From Heterodontus francisci (taxonomy: Eukaryota): a stretch of 64,000 bases of DNA. Shown here in pieces: positions 25,985 through 39,114 of this stretch (the stretch's first letter is position 1; every line of letters starts with the position of its first letter). The stretch is taken from assembly GCF_036365525.1 (NCBI RefSeq), contig NC_090404.1:12242550-12306549 (forward strand). Reading direction: 5' to 3'. A model generated the notes under the pieces. That model searched no databases. It was not told where the DNA came from and worked only from the letters and a program-made list of their open reading frames with translations. Made by a program: the position numbers and the translations under genes.

Positions 25985-27045
25985 TATGGCATCAAGGATC
26001 GCTGGCAAAACTGGAGTCAATGAGAATCAGGGGAAAAAGTCTCCGCTGGTTGGAGTCATATCTAGCACAAAGATAGATGGTTGTACTTGTTGGAGGTGAA
26101 TAATCTCAGCCTCAAGACATCACTGCAGGAGTTCCTCAGGGTAGTGTCCTAGACCCAACCATCTTCAGCTTCAATTTCAGCAATATTCATTTTAATCTTC
26201 CCTCCATCATCAGGTTAGAAGGGGGAATGTTTGCTGATGATTGTACAATGCTCAGCACTCTTCCACCTAGAGGGAGAAGGGCAGCAGATGCATGGGAACA
26301 CCACAAACTGCAAGTTCCCCTCCAAGCCACACACCATCCTGACCTGGGACTATATCGCCGTTCCTTCACTGTCGCTGGGTCAAAATCCAGGATCCCTTCC
26401 TAACAGCACTGTCGGTGTACCCACACCCCAAGGACTGCAGCGGTTCAAGAAGGCAGCTCACCACCACCTTCTCAAGAGGAATTAGGGATGGCAGTAAATG
26501 CTGTCCTCGCCAGCGACGCCCACATCCCATGAAGGAATTAATAAAGTGATAAACCTTCATGTGGGGAAACGAGAAAAGCTGGGATTGCTCTCTCCATATC
26601 AGTATAGAGTAGAGTGCATGTAACTGGTGTCACCAAGGACTCCGATTTCAAAGAATTGCTTAAAAAAGGACAGGGAAACATAAGTTTTATTTAATACATG
26701 GCGATTTGTTAAGATTTAGAATGCACTGCTTGAAATGTTGGTGGAAGCAGATCGGAATAGTAACTTCCGAACGGGAATTGTACATATACTTGAAAATGAA
26801 AACAATGCAGCGTCGTGTGAAAATTGTAGATGGTGAGGGATGATTTAGGGAGATCTTTCAAGGATGCATAGGGACGCTGGACCAAAATCTTGGAACTCCC
26901 TTCCTAACAGCACTTTGGGTGTTCCTACCGCACAAGACTGCAGCAGTTCAAGAAGGCAACTCACCACCACTTTCTTAAGGCCAATTAGGGATGGACAATA
27001 AATGCTGGCCTAGACAGCGACACCCACATCCCATGAAGGAATTAC
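25985..27045 (+). mobile_element. CR1/L2-group LINE fragments (internally deleted) interleaved with CR1 pieces
   Basis: ggagttcctcagggtagtgtcctag (GVPQGSVL), atgtttgctgatgat (MFADD), and tail ctcaccaccaccttctcaag...gacgcccacatcccatga twice. Confidence 0.75.
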
Positions 27046-27914
27046 AACAAAAAATGATATTCAGCTGCGAGGTCTCCTCAGGTTGAATATCACATCAGGT
27101 TAAGTGAAGGAAGAATTAACGGCCCTTCTGGAGGACTCGGAATGATATTTGGGAATGGGTGGCGTTGATGCTTGAACTCTTTCGCTGCCTCAATATCTCT
27201 CCCCCGTCATTCCCCACCACTATCATTTGGAGCCGTCCTGTCCTCTATGCTGCATTTAATGTGAATCGCCCTCGCTGACTCTCTCTGTCCCTCTGTCATT
27301 TGCCTGGACTGCGTCAGTCTCATTGGTGCACGGCAGCTTTAAGATGCTGGACAGACCTGTCTTGGGTCACAGCCATGAGTCAGGGATCACAAAGGCTGAT
27401 CGCAGGATGGAGACGGCTGTGGCTCCCTAATTCGAAATCAATGGTGGAAATAGCCAATCACAGTGCGACGACACGGTGAAGCCCATGTTCCTTCATCCAC
27501 AGCTCGGCTAACTGACGTCTGCCGTAGTTTTGAGACGTCTTTGCATGACTTACACTCCGACAGCTTTCTGTGGCGTACGGTATGTGTCAGTGACGTCACA
27601 TATTGTTTGCCGTTTATTTAGAAGAACAACGCTTTTGAAATGAAAATCGACTTCAGTTTGCATCAAAATTGCTGTTGCATCTGCGACTGTAAATGTGAAG
27701 GTTTCGTCTGCACCAGAATATAAAAACCTGTGGTGAAAGCAGTTGCCGATGAGCGCATGTGCGGTCCGGTCTCCCAGAGTGCCGCGCGACTCTTGCCTTT
27801 CACAGCTGCTGTGAATTGTGGGAGCGACAGCCCTCCAAGGCCCAGTCATTATGTGAGTGAATCCAAACCCAACCAGCTTGCAGTCGGGTCCCACCAGCGT
27901 TGTTGTCCTGGACA

Positions 27915-29760
27915 GACTTAAAGCTACAACAAAGGACTTCATTAATGCTAGACAGTGAGAGACATGCGAGAGACAGAGGTAAGTGATCTCACGATCAGAT
28001 CAAAGCTCTGCAGGTCTGCCACATCCAGTCGTGAATGGTGGTCAACATTAAACAAATAACTGGAGGAGGAGACTCCAAAAACATCCTCATCCTCAATGAT
28101 GGCGAAGCCTAGCACGTAACTGCAAAAGACAAGACAACTTACAGCCATCTTCAGCCAGAAATGCTGAGTGGATGATTGACTTCAGTCTCCTCCTGAGGCC
28201 CCCAACATCACGAATGCCAGTTCCTGGTTAATTCAAGTCACTCCACGTGATATCAACACAACCGTTGAAGGCACGAAAATCCCAGCTGTAGTATGGAAGA
28301 CTTGTGCTGCAGAACAGGCTTTACCTCCAGCCAATTTGTTCCAGTACAGCTACAGCACCTGCATCTACCCTGCAATGTGGAAAATTGTCCAGGTATGTCC
28401 TGTTTACTAAAAGAAAGACAAATCCAGCCCGGCTAATTACCGCCCCATTAGCGCATTTTCAGACATCAACAAAGTGTTGGAAGGTTTCATTGGCAGTGAT
28501 ATCGAATGGCACGTTCTCAGCAATAACCTGCTCATCGATGCTCAGTTTGGGTTCAGCCAGGACCACTCGGCTTCAGACCTCATTGCAGTCTGCGTATAAA
28601 CATGGACAAAGGGGTGAGGTGGGAGTTACTGCCCTTGACATCAAGGCAGCATTTGACCGAGTGTGGTATCAAAGAACTCGAGCAAAATTGAAGTCAATGC
28701 GAATTAGGGGAAAAATATTGCACTGGTTGTATTCAGCCCTAGCACAAGTGGTTGTAGTTGTTGGAGGTCAATCACCACAGCCCCAGGAAATCAGTGCAGG
28801 AGTTTCTCAGGGAACTTTCCGAGGATCAACCATCTTCAGCTGCATCATCAATGATTTTCTCTGCATCATAAGATCAGAGGCTGGGATGTTAGTTGATAGT
28901 TGCGGTGCTCAGTACCATTCATGTCTCTTACAGGTGCTGAAGCAGTCTGGGCCCGCCAACAGCAAGATCTGGACAACATTCAGGCTTGGGTTGATAAGTG
29001 GCAAATAACTGTTGCGCCACATAAGTGCCAGGCAATGACCATCCCCAACAAAAGAGAATCTGACCATCTCCCCTTCACGTTCAATGACATTACCATCACT
29101 GAATTCAACATCCTGGGAGTTGACATTAACAGGAAACTTAACTGGACCAGACATATAACAACTGTGGCTGCAAGAGCAGGTCAGAGGCTAGGAAATCTGT
29201 GGCGAGTTACTCACCTCCTGACTTCCCAAAGCCTGTACACGTGTAGGGAGTGTGATGGAATACTCTCCACATTCTTAAATGCGTACAGCTCTAGCAAAAC
29301 TCAAGAAGCTCGACACCTGGACAAAGCAGCCCTCTTCATCAACACCCCATATATCACATTAAGCAATCATTCCCTCCGCCACTGGCGCACAGTGGCAGCA
29401 GTGTTTACCATCTACATGATGCACTGTCGCAAGTCACCTCGTCTCCTTCGCCAGGACCTTTCAAATCCGTGACCTCTACCACCTATAAGGACAGGAGCAG
29501 CAGATGTATGGGAATACCACCACCTGTAAGTCCCGTGCCAAGCCACACACCATCCTGACTTGGAACTATATCGCCGTTCCTTTGCTGGGTCAAAATCCTG
29601 TAACTCCCTCCCTAACAGCACTGTGGGTGTACCTACACCCAATGGACTGCAGCTGTTCAAGAAGGCAGCTCGCCACCACCTTCTCAAGGGCATTTAGGGA
29701 TGGACAGCCAATGCTGGCCTTGCCAGCGACACCCACATCCAACGAAAGAATTTTTAAAAA
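27915..29760 (+). mobile_element. CR1/L2-group LINE RT region, decayed
   Basis: ALDIKAAFDRVW, GVSQG, QQDLDNIQAWVDKWQ; same 3' tail as above. Confidence 0.85.
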
Positions 29761-31397
29761 TCTGACGGCGGGGTGCTGTTGAGAGGAGACCTTCGAGACC
29801 GAATCCGGAACATCACAAGAGGTGGTGACAGCTCATCAATCAAAGATGGATTGAACCAAAGACATGGAAAGATGAAATTCTACTGATCCCCGTGGAAGCA
29901 GGAAGACAATAAATGTAACCCCTAGAGTGATATATCACAAGGAAGATTTTTTTTATGTAATAGAAAGGGCGAGACTTTTATTTCTTCAGCGCCTTTCACG
30001 GCCTCAGGACATCCAAAGGCGTCTTATAGTCAAGGCAACACTTTTCAGGTGTAGTCGCTGTTCCAATGCAGGAAATATTGTTTACACAGAGTTAGGTAAG
30101 AATATTCTCTGGCAGAACGTTTTGTCCATCTGACTGTTGTGGATGTGAAGGGATTTGGAAATCCAGACACTTTCCACATAATTCCAATTTATCGTCAGTA
30201 ATGAAACATTATCCGGTCACAAAACAATCGATACAATTGTTTCCCTATCTGCCTGTTTATGACACATTGAAGTACCATTTCGAATGGAAGAACTGTTATC
30301 ATCTTCTTCAGACTAAACAGGGACACTGGATTAGTGCAAAACATTGATTACAACATTTCACTTCTCAGTCAACTGTGCCATCACACCTGTAATTCACTCT
30401 TGTTGTAAATGCACCGCCGTGTGCTGTGTTACCACGCAGAAGTATTCCCTGTAATCTCCAGATGTCACCTGTGAAACCATTGAACTGATGGCTCTGCATC
30501 TTTTGGCCAAAGATGAGGGGCTAGAGCGCCATCCAGAGGCATCAGGCGGTAAATGGAATCCTGACAGTGACGCATTTGGATTCTCAATTTATTAGCGAAA
30601 CTGCTGCATGATCATGTTGAACTGTTATTATGCTATAATACTATAGTTGTTATTGTTTCATTTTTTATCATCACTGTAACTGCTTTCATTTCATTGATTT
30701 GCTGTTACTACCGTTGGCATTTTATATTAATTCTGAGATTTCTTGTCTCAGTTTTCTGGTATGCACAAGTCACTAACATATTACATATTCATTTGCAGAC
30801 AGAATAACTTCACGTTAATAATTCCTCAGTTCGTCTGATTGGATTTTTAATTGGTAAGAATAGAAGTCTTTCGACCTCTCGAATCATCAAATGCAGAGAT
30901 CAAGCAGCATTCACTGTCTGCAAAATGCGAAGCTGATTAATATTTTGTTATTGAGGTTTAATCTGTATGTTGAATCAAACACTATATATATAATGTAAAT
31001 CAATTTCACTGCATATCAAACAATACCAGTCGGGATCACCAGGAGTTGAGAGGAGAACAAAGCTCCCTGTGCACTGCCCAACCACACACTCCCAGAGTAG
31101 GTACAGCATGGGTTAGATACAGAGAAAAGCACTCTCTACATTGTCCCATCAAACACTCCCAGGGCAGGTAGAGCACGAAATAATATACAGAGATGTTCTG
31201 CCTGGATTGGGCCCGATGAGGCATGAAATGGTGAAGAAATAAAGGTAAATTAAACAGTAAGTATTATTTCATTATGTTAAAATAATGACTCTGATAATGC
31301 TGTTACGCATTTTAATTACATTATTGCTGCTTTTACTTGTATCACACACGCGCTGGAACACATAAACCGGTCCTCTTCTCAGTTCCCCTGTCAAGCG

Positions 31398-31717
31398 TGT
31401 TATTGTCCAGCCTCCTCATCACTTTGTTTCACCATGTCTCACTGCACTGTAATACACCGCGACGTCTGACAACCCAGCCGTGTTAATGGTGAGCGTGGTG
31501 GAGCCTTTCTCACTGTCCACAGATATTTTAAACTTTCCTTCAACTTTCTCATCTCTGAATGTGTAGATGCGATACTGGGGAGCTTGATCGGAGAACTGCC
31601 GGTAGCAGAATATAAACTCATTTGTAGTTAAAGTAGCGTTGTGATGAAGCGAAATGTTTTGTTCTTCGGTTCCTTTCTGCATCGATATTTGGAATGTCTC
31701 CGAGTGACAAGGAACAG
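31398..31717 (-). pseudogene. TCR alpha/delta-like V segment with open frame but no canonical Cys/Trp/Cys and a defective heptamer
   Basis: AVPCHS...ISLHHN...FIFCYRQFSDQAPQY...STTLTINTAGLSDVAVYYSAVR; RSS CATGGTG-23-ACAATAACA. Confidence 0.8.
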
Positions 31718-31794
31718 CTGTCAAAGCAAGAACAAAAATGTAATATAATGACATATGCAAAGAGAATTAATACAGGCAAAATGTACAAATCGAC

Positions 31795-31940
31795 ATATCT
31801 ATCTATCGAGCTATCTACCTATCTGTCGGTCAATCAATCGATGTAACAATCTATCTATCCACCTACCTATAATCTATCTCTCTATCCATATGTTAATCTA
31901 CACCATCTCTCCCTTGTGTTATTTATCCATCCATCTTGGT
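31795..31940 (+). repeat. Degenerate (TCTA)n microsatellite
   Basis: atctatctatc repeats. Confidence 0.8.
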
Positions 31941-32178
31941 ATGTGAGAGGCAGTATTCAATGTCTGTCCATCTACTTTCTCTGTATGTTGTGCAACCAAA
32001 CATAGAATGTCTTAGTTAATCATGTTTCGATGTACTGTATCTGTAGTAACAGCTATTGCAACTTGATCCAGATGGGAGTTTAAACACGGACCAATAGCAT
32101 TTCTGAATATCACCGTCACTTCTAAATGACTTGATTTGGGGAAAGGTTAACAGTGCGGCGGAGACACGGCAGTAAAGG

Positions 32179-32492
32179 AGATACTGTGCATCTGGATCCG
32201 CTCTTGGCCTCATTGTGTCCCAGTGATAGAGTCTGACATCCTGGGCCATGGTGCCATCTATAGAGATGGTGCTGGGCTTCTTTACTGGGTTCAGGAACAG
32301 TGTGTAGCTCCCTGTAGTCTCAGTCCCCTGGTATATGGAGCCGATAAATGTCGGTGCCCCTGTCAGTGTTTGTCTGTACCAGGTCCACAGTATCCCCAGC
32401 AGCAATGGAGAGCCGGCAGTCCAGTTAAACCCGTTCTCCTTTCCGAGACGCCACCTGCTCAGGGTGTGAACTCTGATCCTCACACTGAACGG
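32179..32492 (-). pseudogene. TCR-like V pseudogene
   Basis: AVQCEDQ...KGERV*LDC, frameshift, WYRQTLTGAPTFIG...STISIDG..QDVRLYHW; RSS CACAATG-23-ACAGTATCT; possible leader donor at 32572-32577. Confidence 0.8.
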
Positions 32493-33699
32493 CTGTGAAC
32501 AAAACAAAATCACTCAACAACCACAAGGTATTAAGACATTGGTGAAACAAGGTATCTGATCAGATTAATAAACTCACACAACATCGACCGCACCAGACCT
32601 CCAAATGGGTTTCCATACAAAAACAGGTTTTTGTAGAGGTTTCTGTCCATGATTTTGAAGATGGACAAAAGACAGATCAATCAGGGTCTGATTTCCAGAC
32701 TAGGACTTTCTGCCGAGTCTCAGACTCTCAATGGTGAGGAGGGGGAGGAGAGGGGAGAGCTTTACATTCTCCTCGTACAGTGTGAGACTGATCGCGAGAT
32801 TCACCAAACGGACTATTATGAGATGTTGTCACCAGATGCCATTCGCTCAGCCTGTCAGGGATTGGCTATTTCTCAAGACAAAAAATGCTCTTGAACCTTC
32901 ACTGGGAAGGAATTTCTCTTGTTGCTCTGAGTAGTGACCAATTAAATGGTTCAGTAAAATTTGATCTCTGTACATTTCTATCCCAAATGTTCAGCGCGGT
33001 CTGAAATCATAGAATTTTGCAGCATTGTTCCAAACCTTATTTATAGAACCCCTCAATCTTTCTCCGAACTTACTCGTTTAAAACAATATTAACTTCATAT
33101 TTCCTTCTCTTGTTTGTTCACTTTATAGTTATGGTGATGTCCGTGTGTTCTCTGCTCACTGTGGATTTATTGTACAAAAACAAACAGAAACGACAATTTG
33201 TGATTGTCCTTTAATTCCGACATCAATGTGGAAACTCCAGAACAGACAGGCGAGACGCCTGGTGGTGGCTTTGGCCAACTGCGTGTTTGCGAAATTTAGC
33301 GAAAAATATATTCGCTCCCGAAATCATCTGTAATTTCTCTATTTATTTAACCGTTGTGCGATGTTTACTGCGAGAATATAAAATGCTATTGTGGATGTGC
33401 GCATGTGTGGTCCCGTCTCCCAGAGTGCAGCGCGGCCCGTGCCACAGATCGGGGGCCTTTCCCAGCCGCTGTGACTTGTGGGCGCCGCAGCCCTCCATGG
33501 CCCAGTCATTTACTGAATGAAGCAAAACCCAACCTTCTTGCAGCGGGAGCTGCTTGGGTTGTTGGTCGCGACAGACTTAAAAATGAAAGCAAAATACTGC
33601 GGATGCTGGAAATGTGAAATAAAAGCAAGAAATGCTGGAACCACTCAGCAGGTCTGGCAGCATCTGTGAAATGAGGTGCCTCACTTAAAAATGAGGTGC

Positions 33700-35915
33700 C
33701 AACCTCGTGAGGCTACAACACAGGACTGCATGCATGCTATGTAGCAGATCAGCATGCGATGGACAAAGCTAAGCAATCCCACAACGAAACGTCAGATGAT
33801 AGCTCTGCAGTCCTGTCAGATCTAATAATGTACGATGGTGGATAATTAAACAACGAACCATAGGAGAAGACTCGAAAAACATCCTTACCCTCAATGATGG
33901 GGGAGCCCAGCACGTCAGTGCAAAAGACAAGTTGAAATATTTACAGCCATCTTCAAGCAGAAGTGCCGACTGCATGATTTATCTCAGCCTCCTCCTGAAT
34001 TCCCCAGCATCACAGATGCCAGTGTTCAGCCAATTCGATTCACTCCACGTGATACTAAAAAAAAATCGCTGAAGACACTGGCTACAGAACAGGCTATGGG
34101 CCCTGACAACATTCCAGTGTCGTACTGAAGACTTGCGCTCGAGAACTGGCTGCATCCCTAGCAAAGCTGTTCCAGTACAGCGACAACACTGGCATCTACC
34201 CTATAATGTGGAAAATTGCCCAGGTACGTCCTGTGCACAAAAAGCAGGACGAATCCAATCCATCCAATTACCGCCCCATTAGTCTAATCTTGATGTGTCA
34301 TTGATAATGTTATCAAGTGGCACTTACTTAGCAATAACCTGCTCACCGATGCTCAGTCTGGGGCAATCAGTTCCAGGCCTCATTACAGTCTTGATCCAAG
34401 CATGAACAAAACCGATGCCTTCCAGAGGTGAAGTGAAAATGGCTGCCTTTGACATCAAGGTAACATTTGACCGTGCATGGCATCAAGGAGCCCTCGCAAA
34501 ATTGAAGTCAATGGGAATTGGGGAAAAACTCTCCACTGGTTGGAGTCATACCTAGCACAAACAAAAATGCTGGTTGTTGTTGAACCGTAATCAGCGCACC
34601 CCCAATACATTGCTGTCGGCTCTAGGCCCAACAATCTTCAGTTACTTCATCAACGACCTTTTCTCCATCATAAAGTCAAAGTGCAAATGTCCGCTGAAGA
34701 TTGCACAGTGCTCAATACGATTCGAGATTCCACAGATACTGAAGCAGTCCCTTCCCGCAAATCCTAGACATCGTTCAGGCTTGGGATGATAAGTGCAAAT
34801 AAAATTCACGCGACATAATTTGTAGGCAATGATCACCCCCAACAACAGAGAATCCAACCATCTCCCCTTGATGTTCAACGGGATTGCCATCACTGAATCT
34901 CCCACTTTCAGCGTCCTGGGGTTTATCATTTTCCAGGAACTTAAGTGGAGCTGCCATATAAATATAGTGGCTGCTCGAGCAGATCAGAGGTTGAGAATTC
35001 TTCGGCGAGTAACTCACATCCTAACTCCCTAAAGCCTGTCCACCATCTACGAGGAACAAGTCAGCATTGTGATGAAATACTCTTCGCTTGCCTCGATGAG
35101 TGTAGCTACAATGACCCTCAAGAGGCTTGGCCATATAAAGGACCAATCAGCCCGCTTGATTGGGACTCCATCTACCACCTTCAAAATTCACTCCCTCTAC
35201 CACCGCACAGTGACAGCACTGTGTACCATCTACAGTATGTGCTGGAGAAACTCACCAAGGCACCTTCGACAGCACCTTCCAAACCCGCGACCTCTACGCC
35301 CGACAAGATCAAAGGCAATGGAGGTATGGGAACACCACCACTTGCAAGTTTTTTTATTTATACAGCACTGAAACAGGCTCTTCGGCACACCAAGTCTGTG
35401 CCGACCATCAATCACCCACCTGTACTAATCCTACACTAATCCCATATTTCTACCACATCCCCACCTGTCTCTATATTCCACTACGACCTACCTATACTCG
35501 GGGCAACTTATAATGGCCAATTTACCTATCAACCTGCACGTCTTTGGCTGTGGGAGGAAACCGGAGCATCCGGCGAAAACCCACGCAGACACAGGGAGAA
35601 CTTGCAAACTCCACACAGGCCATACCCAGAATTGAAGTCGAGTTACTGGAGCTGTGAGGCTGCGGTGCTAACCACTGCGCCACTTTGCCGCCCACCTTTT
35701 CGCCAAGGCGACACACCATCCTGACTTGGAACCATATCATCGTTATTTCACTTTGTCTCAGTCAGAAACCTAGTACTCCCTCCCTAACAGCAATGTGGGT
35801 GTACCTCCATTACATGGACTGCAGCGGTTCATGAAGTGGCTCACGTAACCTCCTCAAGGACAATTAGAGATGGGTGCCAATGCTGGTTTGCCAGAGACTC
35901 CCACATCGCATGAAA
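33700..35915 (+). mobile_element. CR1/L2-group LINE RT region, decayed (paralogue of 27915-29760), with SINE inserted at 35345-35695
   Basis: Collinear similarity with 27915-29760, e.g. gccagtgttcagccaattcgattcactccacgtgata and gacatcaaggtaacatttgacc. Confidence 0.8.
35345..35695 (-). mobile_element. tRNA-derived SINE (HE1/V-SINE-like)
   Basis: Reverse complement of the 16141-16455 family (gtggcgcagtggttagcaccgcagcctcacagctccag). Confidence 0.85.
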
Positions 35916-36859
35916 GAGTAAAACAAAACAGACTGCGGGTGCCCTGTTGAGCAGAGAGAGTCTCTCAGCAGATTGGAGACCAAATCCAGAACATCACAGG
36001 AGGTGGTGTCCGCCCATCAGTCAAAGGTGGATTGAACCAAAGAAACTCTACTGGTCCCGTGGAAACAGGCGCACAATAAATTTAATCCCTATAGTGATAT
36101 ATCACACGGAAGAAAATGCATTTTTATAATAGGAAGGGACCTACATTTATTTATGTTTCGCCTTTCCCGGCCTCAGTATGTCAAGGAAATTCTTTTCAGG
36201 TGTAATCGCTGTTCCAGTGCAGGAAATATTATTTAAACAGAATGAGGTGAGAAGTTTCGTTGTGTGACAGAATGTTTTGTCACCTGACTCTTGTGGAGGA
36301 GCAAAGGGATTTGGAGTCCAGGTACTTTACAGATAATTCAGCAATGAAACACCACCCGGTCACAAAACAATCGATAATATTCTCTGCATGTCTGTTTATG
36401 ACACATTGAAGTACCGTTTTGAACGGCATTGTTACCTTCTTCAGCAGACTATGCAGTGACATCAGATTAATGAAAAGACAATGGCTGACAGTTCACTACC
36501 TGAGTCAACTATGCCGTAATACCTGTAATTTACTCTTGCTGTAAATATGCCACCATGTGCGGTGCTACCACACAGAAATATTTCCGGAAATCTCCAGCTG
36601 TCACCTACGAAATCATTAAGCAGACGGCTCTGCAAATTTCGGCCAACGATGCGGTGTTGGAGCGCCATCAAGTGTCGACAGGCGGTAAATACACGACTGT
36701 CTGAAATATTTGGATCCTCAATTCATCAGCGAAACTGCTGCATGATCATGTCAGAGTACTATAGTTGTCATTGTTCTACTTGTATTATTACGGTAACTGA
36801 AGTCATTTTATTGTTTTACTGTTGCTACCGATGCTATTTTGTACTAACTTTGAGATTTA

Positions 36860-37190
36860 GGGTGGCACAGTGGCGCAGTGGTCAGCACCGCAGCCTTACA
36901 ATTCCAGGAACCCGGTTTCGATTCTGGGTACTGCCTGTGCGGAGTTTGCAAGTTCTTCCTGTGACCGCATGGGTTTTCACCGGGTGCTCTGTTTCCTCCC
37001 ACAGCCAAAAACTTGCAGGTTGATAGGTAAATTGGCCATTGTAAATTGCTCCTAGTTTAGGTAGGTCGTAGGGAATTATGGGATTACTGTAGGGTTAGCA
37101 TAAATGGCTGGTTGCTGGTCGGCACAGACTCTGTGGGCCGAAGGGCCTGTTTCAGTGCTGTGTCTCTAAATAAGTAAATAAAAAAAAATT
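36860..37190 (+). mobile_element. tRNA-derived SINE (HE1/V-SINE-like)
   Basis: ggcacagtggcgcagtggtcagcaccgcagcc...gggccgaagggcctgtttcagtgctg and A-rich tail. Confidence 0.85.
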
Positions 37191-38168
37191 TCCGCTCTCA
37201 GTTTTCTAGCATGCCCAAGTCACTAAGATATTATATGTTCATATGCATATATTAAACGGACTTCACGTTAATAATTCCACAATTCTTTTGATTCGACTTT
37301 TAATTTCGTAAGAATGGATATTGATATTGATCCAACGATAGTGAAGGTACGGCCAGCAACTTCCAAGTCAGCGTGCTGTGCGGCTTGGAGAGGAACTTGT
37401 AGTTGTTGTTGTTCCTCTGCGTTTGCTAACCTTGTCCTTCCAGGTGGAAGAGGTTGTGGGTTTAGAAATTGCTGTCGAAGGAGCCGTGGTGAATTGCTGC
37501 ATTGCATCTTGTAGATGGTAGACACTTTTGGCTGTCTGAATTGAAATGTATAACACTGACAGCAATAATAATAAATATGTGATATTGTCAGGTAACTATA
37601 TAAATGTATTGCAGATTCCAACTCTTAGGTTCTGCGCCTCATGCAGAGAGTGTGGATTTTCTCATGACTCCCGCCTATCTAATAAATGGTGGGATATTTT
37701 AAATGTAATTGATGACATTTTAAACACGTCTCTGAGTTGCGGTTCGTATCTTAACTGTTAGGACTAATGGAACACTAATGAAACACATTTTCTTGCTTTA
37801 CTCTGTGTGGGGAACTCGTTCAAATGAGATTCTGAGACAAGATAGATTTCTTAAACTCCAGAATTTCACGGAACACCGAGGAGAGTGGCAGAGCGAATGA
37901 CAGGGACAGACAGACACGGAGCCAGACACAGATACACGGAGAAAGTCAGAGAGAGAAAGAGAAAAGATCAGAGAAAGTAATTTTTGACAGTTGCCATTGA
38001 TTGGAGCCCAACTATCATCAGTTCTGACGGAACAGCCAATCTTGTCCCTGGGAAATGCCCTTCAGTTGAGTGAAGCCAATCCAGATCTGAGTTTATTAAT
38101 ATCAGACTGGAAAGTTCAACATATTTTGAACATTATTTAACTTTCTTTGGAACTCTAAACCAGACGCC

Positions 38169-39114
38169 ACGTACTCCCCACATCCCTTACTGATAATAAT
38201 GTTCTTGCTGTTCGGTGAGTTTATGCTGAAATGGTCAGTGTATGTTTCGAGGATTATGTTTACTCCCTGACTTTTGAAACATTCTATATTTGTGTTGCAG
38301 GAGCAGGTGACAGAGATTCAGTATCTTAGGATCTGTCTGAATTAACGTTTCGGGAAAGACGGAGCACAATATTGAACTGCAGTTACTCGACAACTTACAC
38401 TACCTAATTCTGAATGGTACATCCAGTATCTCAGGGGAAGCTCCGAGATATTTACAGAAGATATATGGAACGGAAAGTAAGTTGCTGAGTAAACTGGGCC
38501 TGTATGATGAGCAAATTGGGCCTATGTTCTTTGGGGTTTAGAAGAATGAGAGGTGATCTAATTGAGACATACAAGATTCTGAAAGGGCTTGATAGGGTAG
38601 AAGCTGAGAGATTGTTTCCATTGGTCGGGGAAACTAGAACACGGGGACACAGTCTGAGGATGAGGGGCCGATCATTCAGGACTGAGATGAGGAGATATCA
38701 CTACACTCAAAGGGTTGCGAATCTTTGGAATTCTCTAAACTAGAGGGTTGTGGATGCTCCATCATTGAATAAATTTAAGGCTGGGATAGGTAGAATTTTG
38801 GTCTCGCAGGGAATCAAGGGATATGGCGGCAGGCAGGAAAGTGAAATTGAAGCTCAAGATCAGCCATGGTCGTATTGAATGGCGGAGCAGGCTCGATGGG
38901 CCATATGGGCTACTTCTGATCATAATTCTTGTGTTCTTGCGAGATGGGAAATATGACACCAGATTTCCCAAAAAGGTTCTCTCCTGCTTTACACAGAGGA
39001 AATAAAACGGTTCCTTAAAATATCTCCGGGGTTCCTCTCTGCGACGCCGCCGTGCATTTCTATGCCATGAACCCCACACTGCTGATGAGATGTTGCGGAT
39101 CCCAGACAAAAACC
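38169..39114 (+). pseudogene. TCR alpha-type V pseudogene (paralogue of 40182-40656) interrupted by a CR1 fragment
   Basis: Leader 38169-38214 with ATG>ACG; V exon from 38301 with TAG at 38327; CR1 insert ~38480-38938; RSS CACACTG-24-ACAAAAACC at 39075-39114. Confidence 0.9.
38480..38938 (+). mobile_element. CR1-type LINE 3' fragment inserted in the V exon
   Basis: SKLGLCSLGFRRMRGDLIETYKILKGLDRV...TRTRGHSLR. Confidence 0.9.

Noticed and set aside
27458-27477. Heptamer-like CACAGTG/CACGGTG pair
   Set aside because: No nonamer at 12 or 23 nt and no coding segment.
31398-32650. NAR-TCR cassette (NAR V-D-J plus leaderless supporting V)
   Set aside because: No D, J or 12-RSS between the two Vs; both exons start with signal-peptide remainder, and neither is recognisably IgNAR-like.
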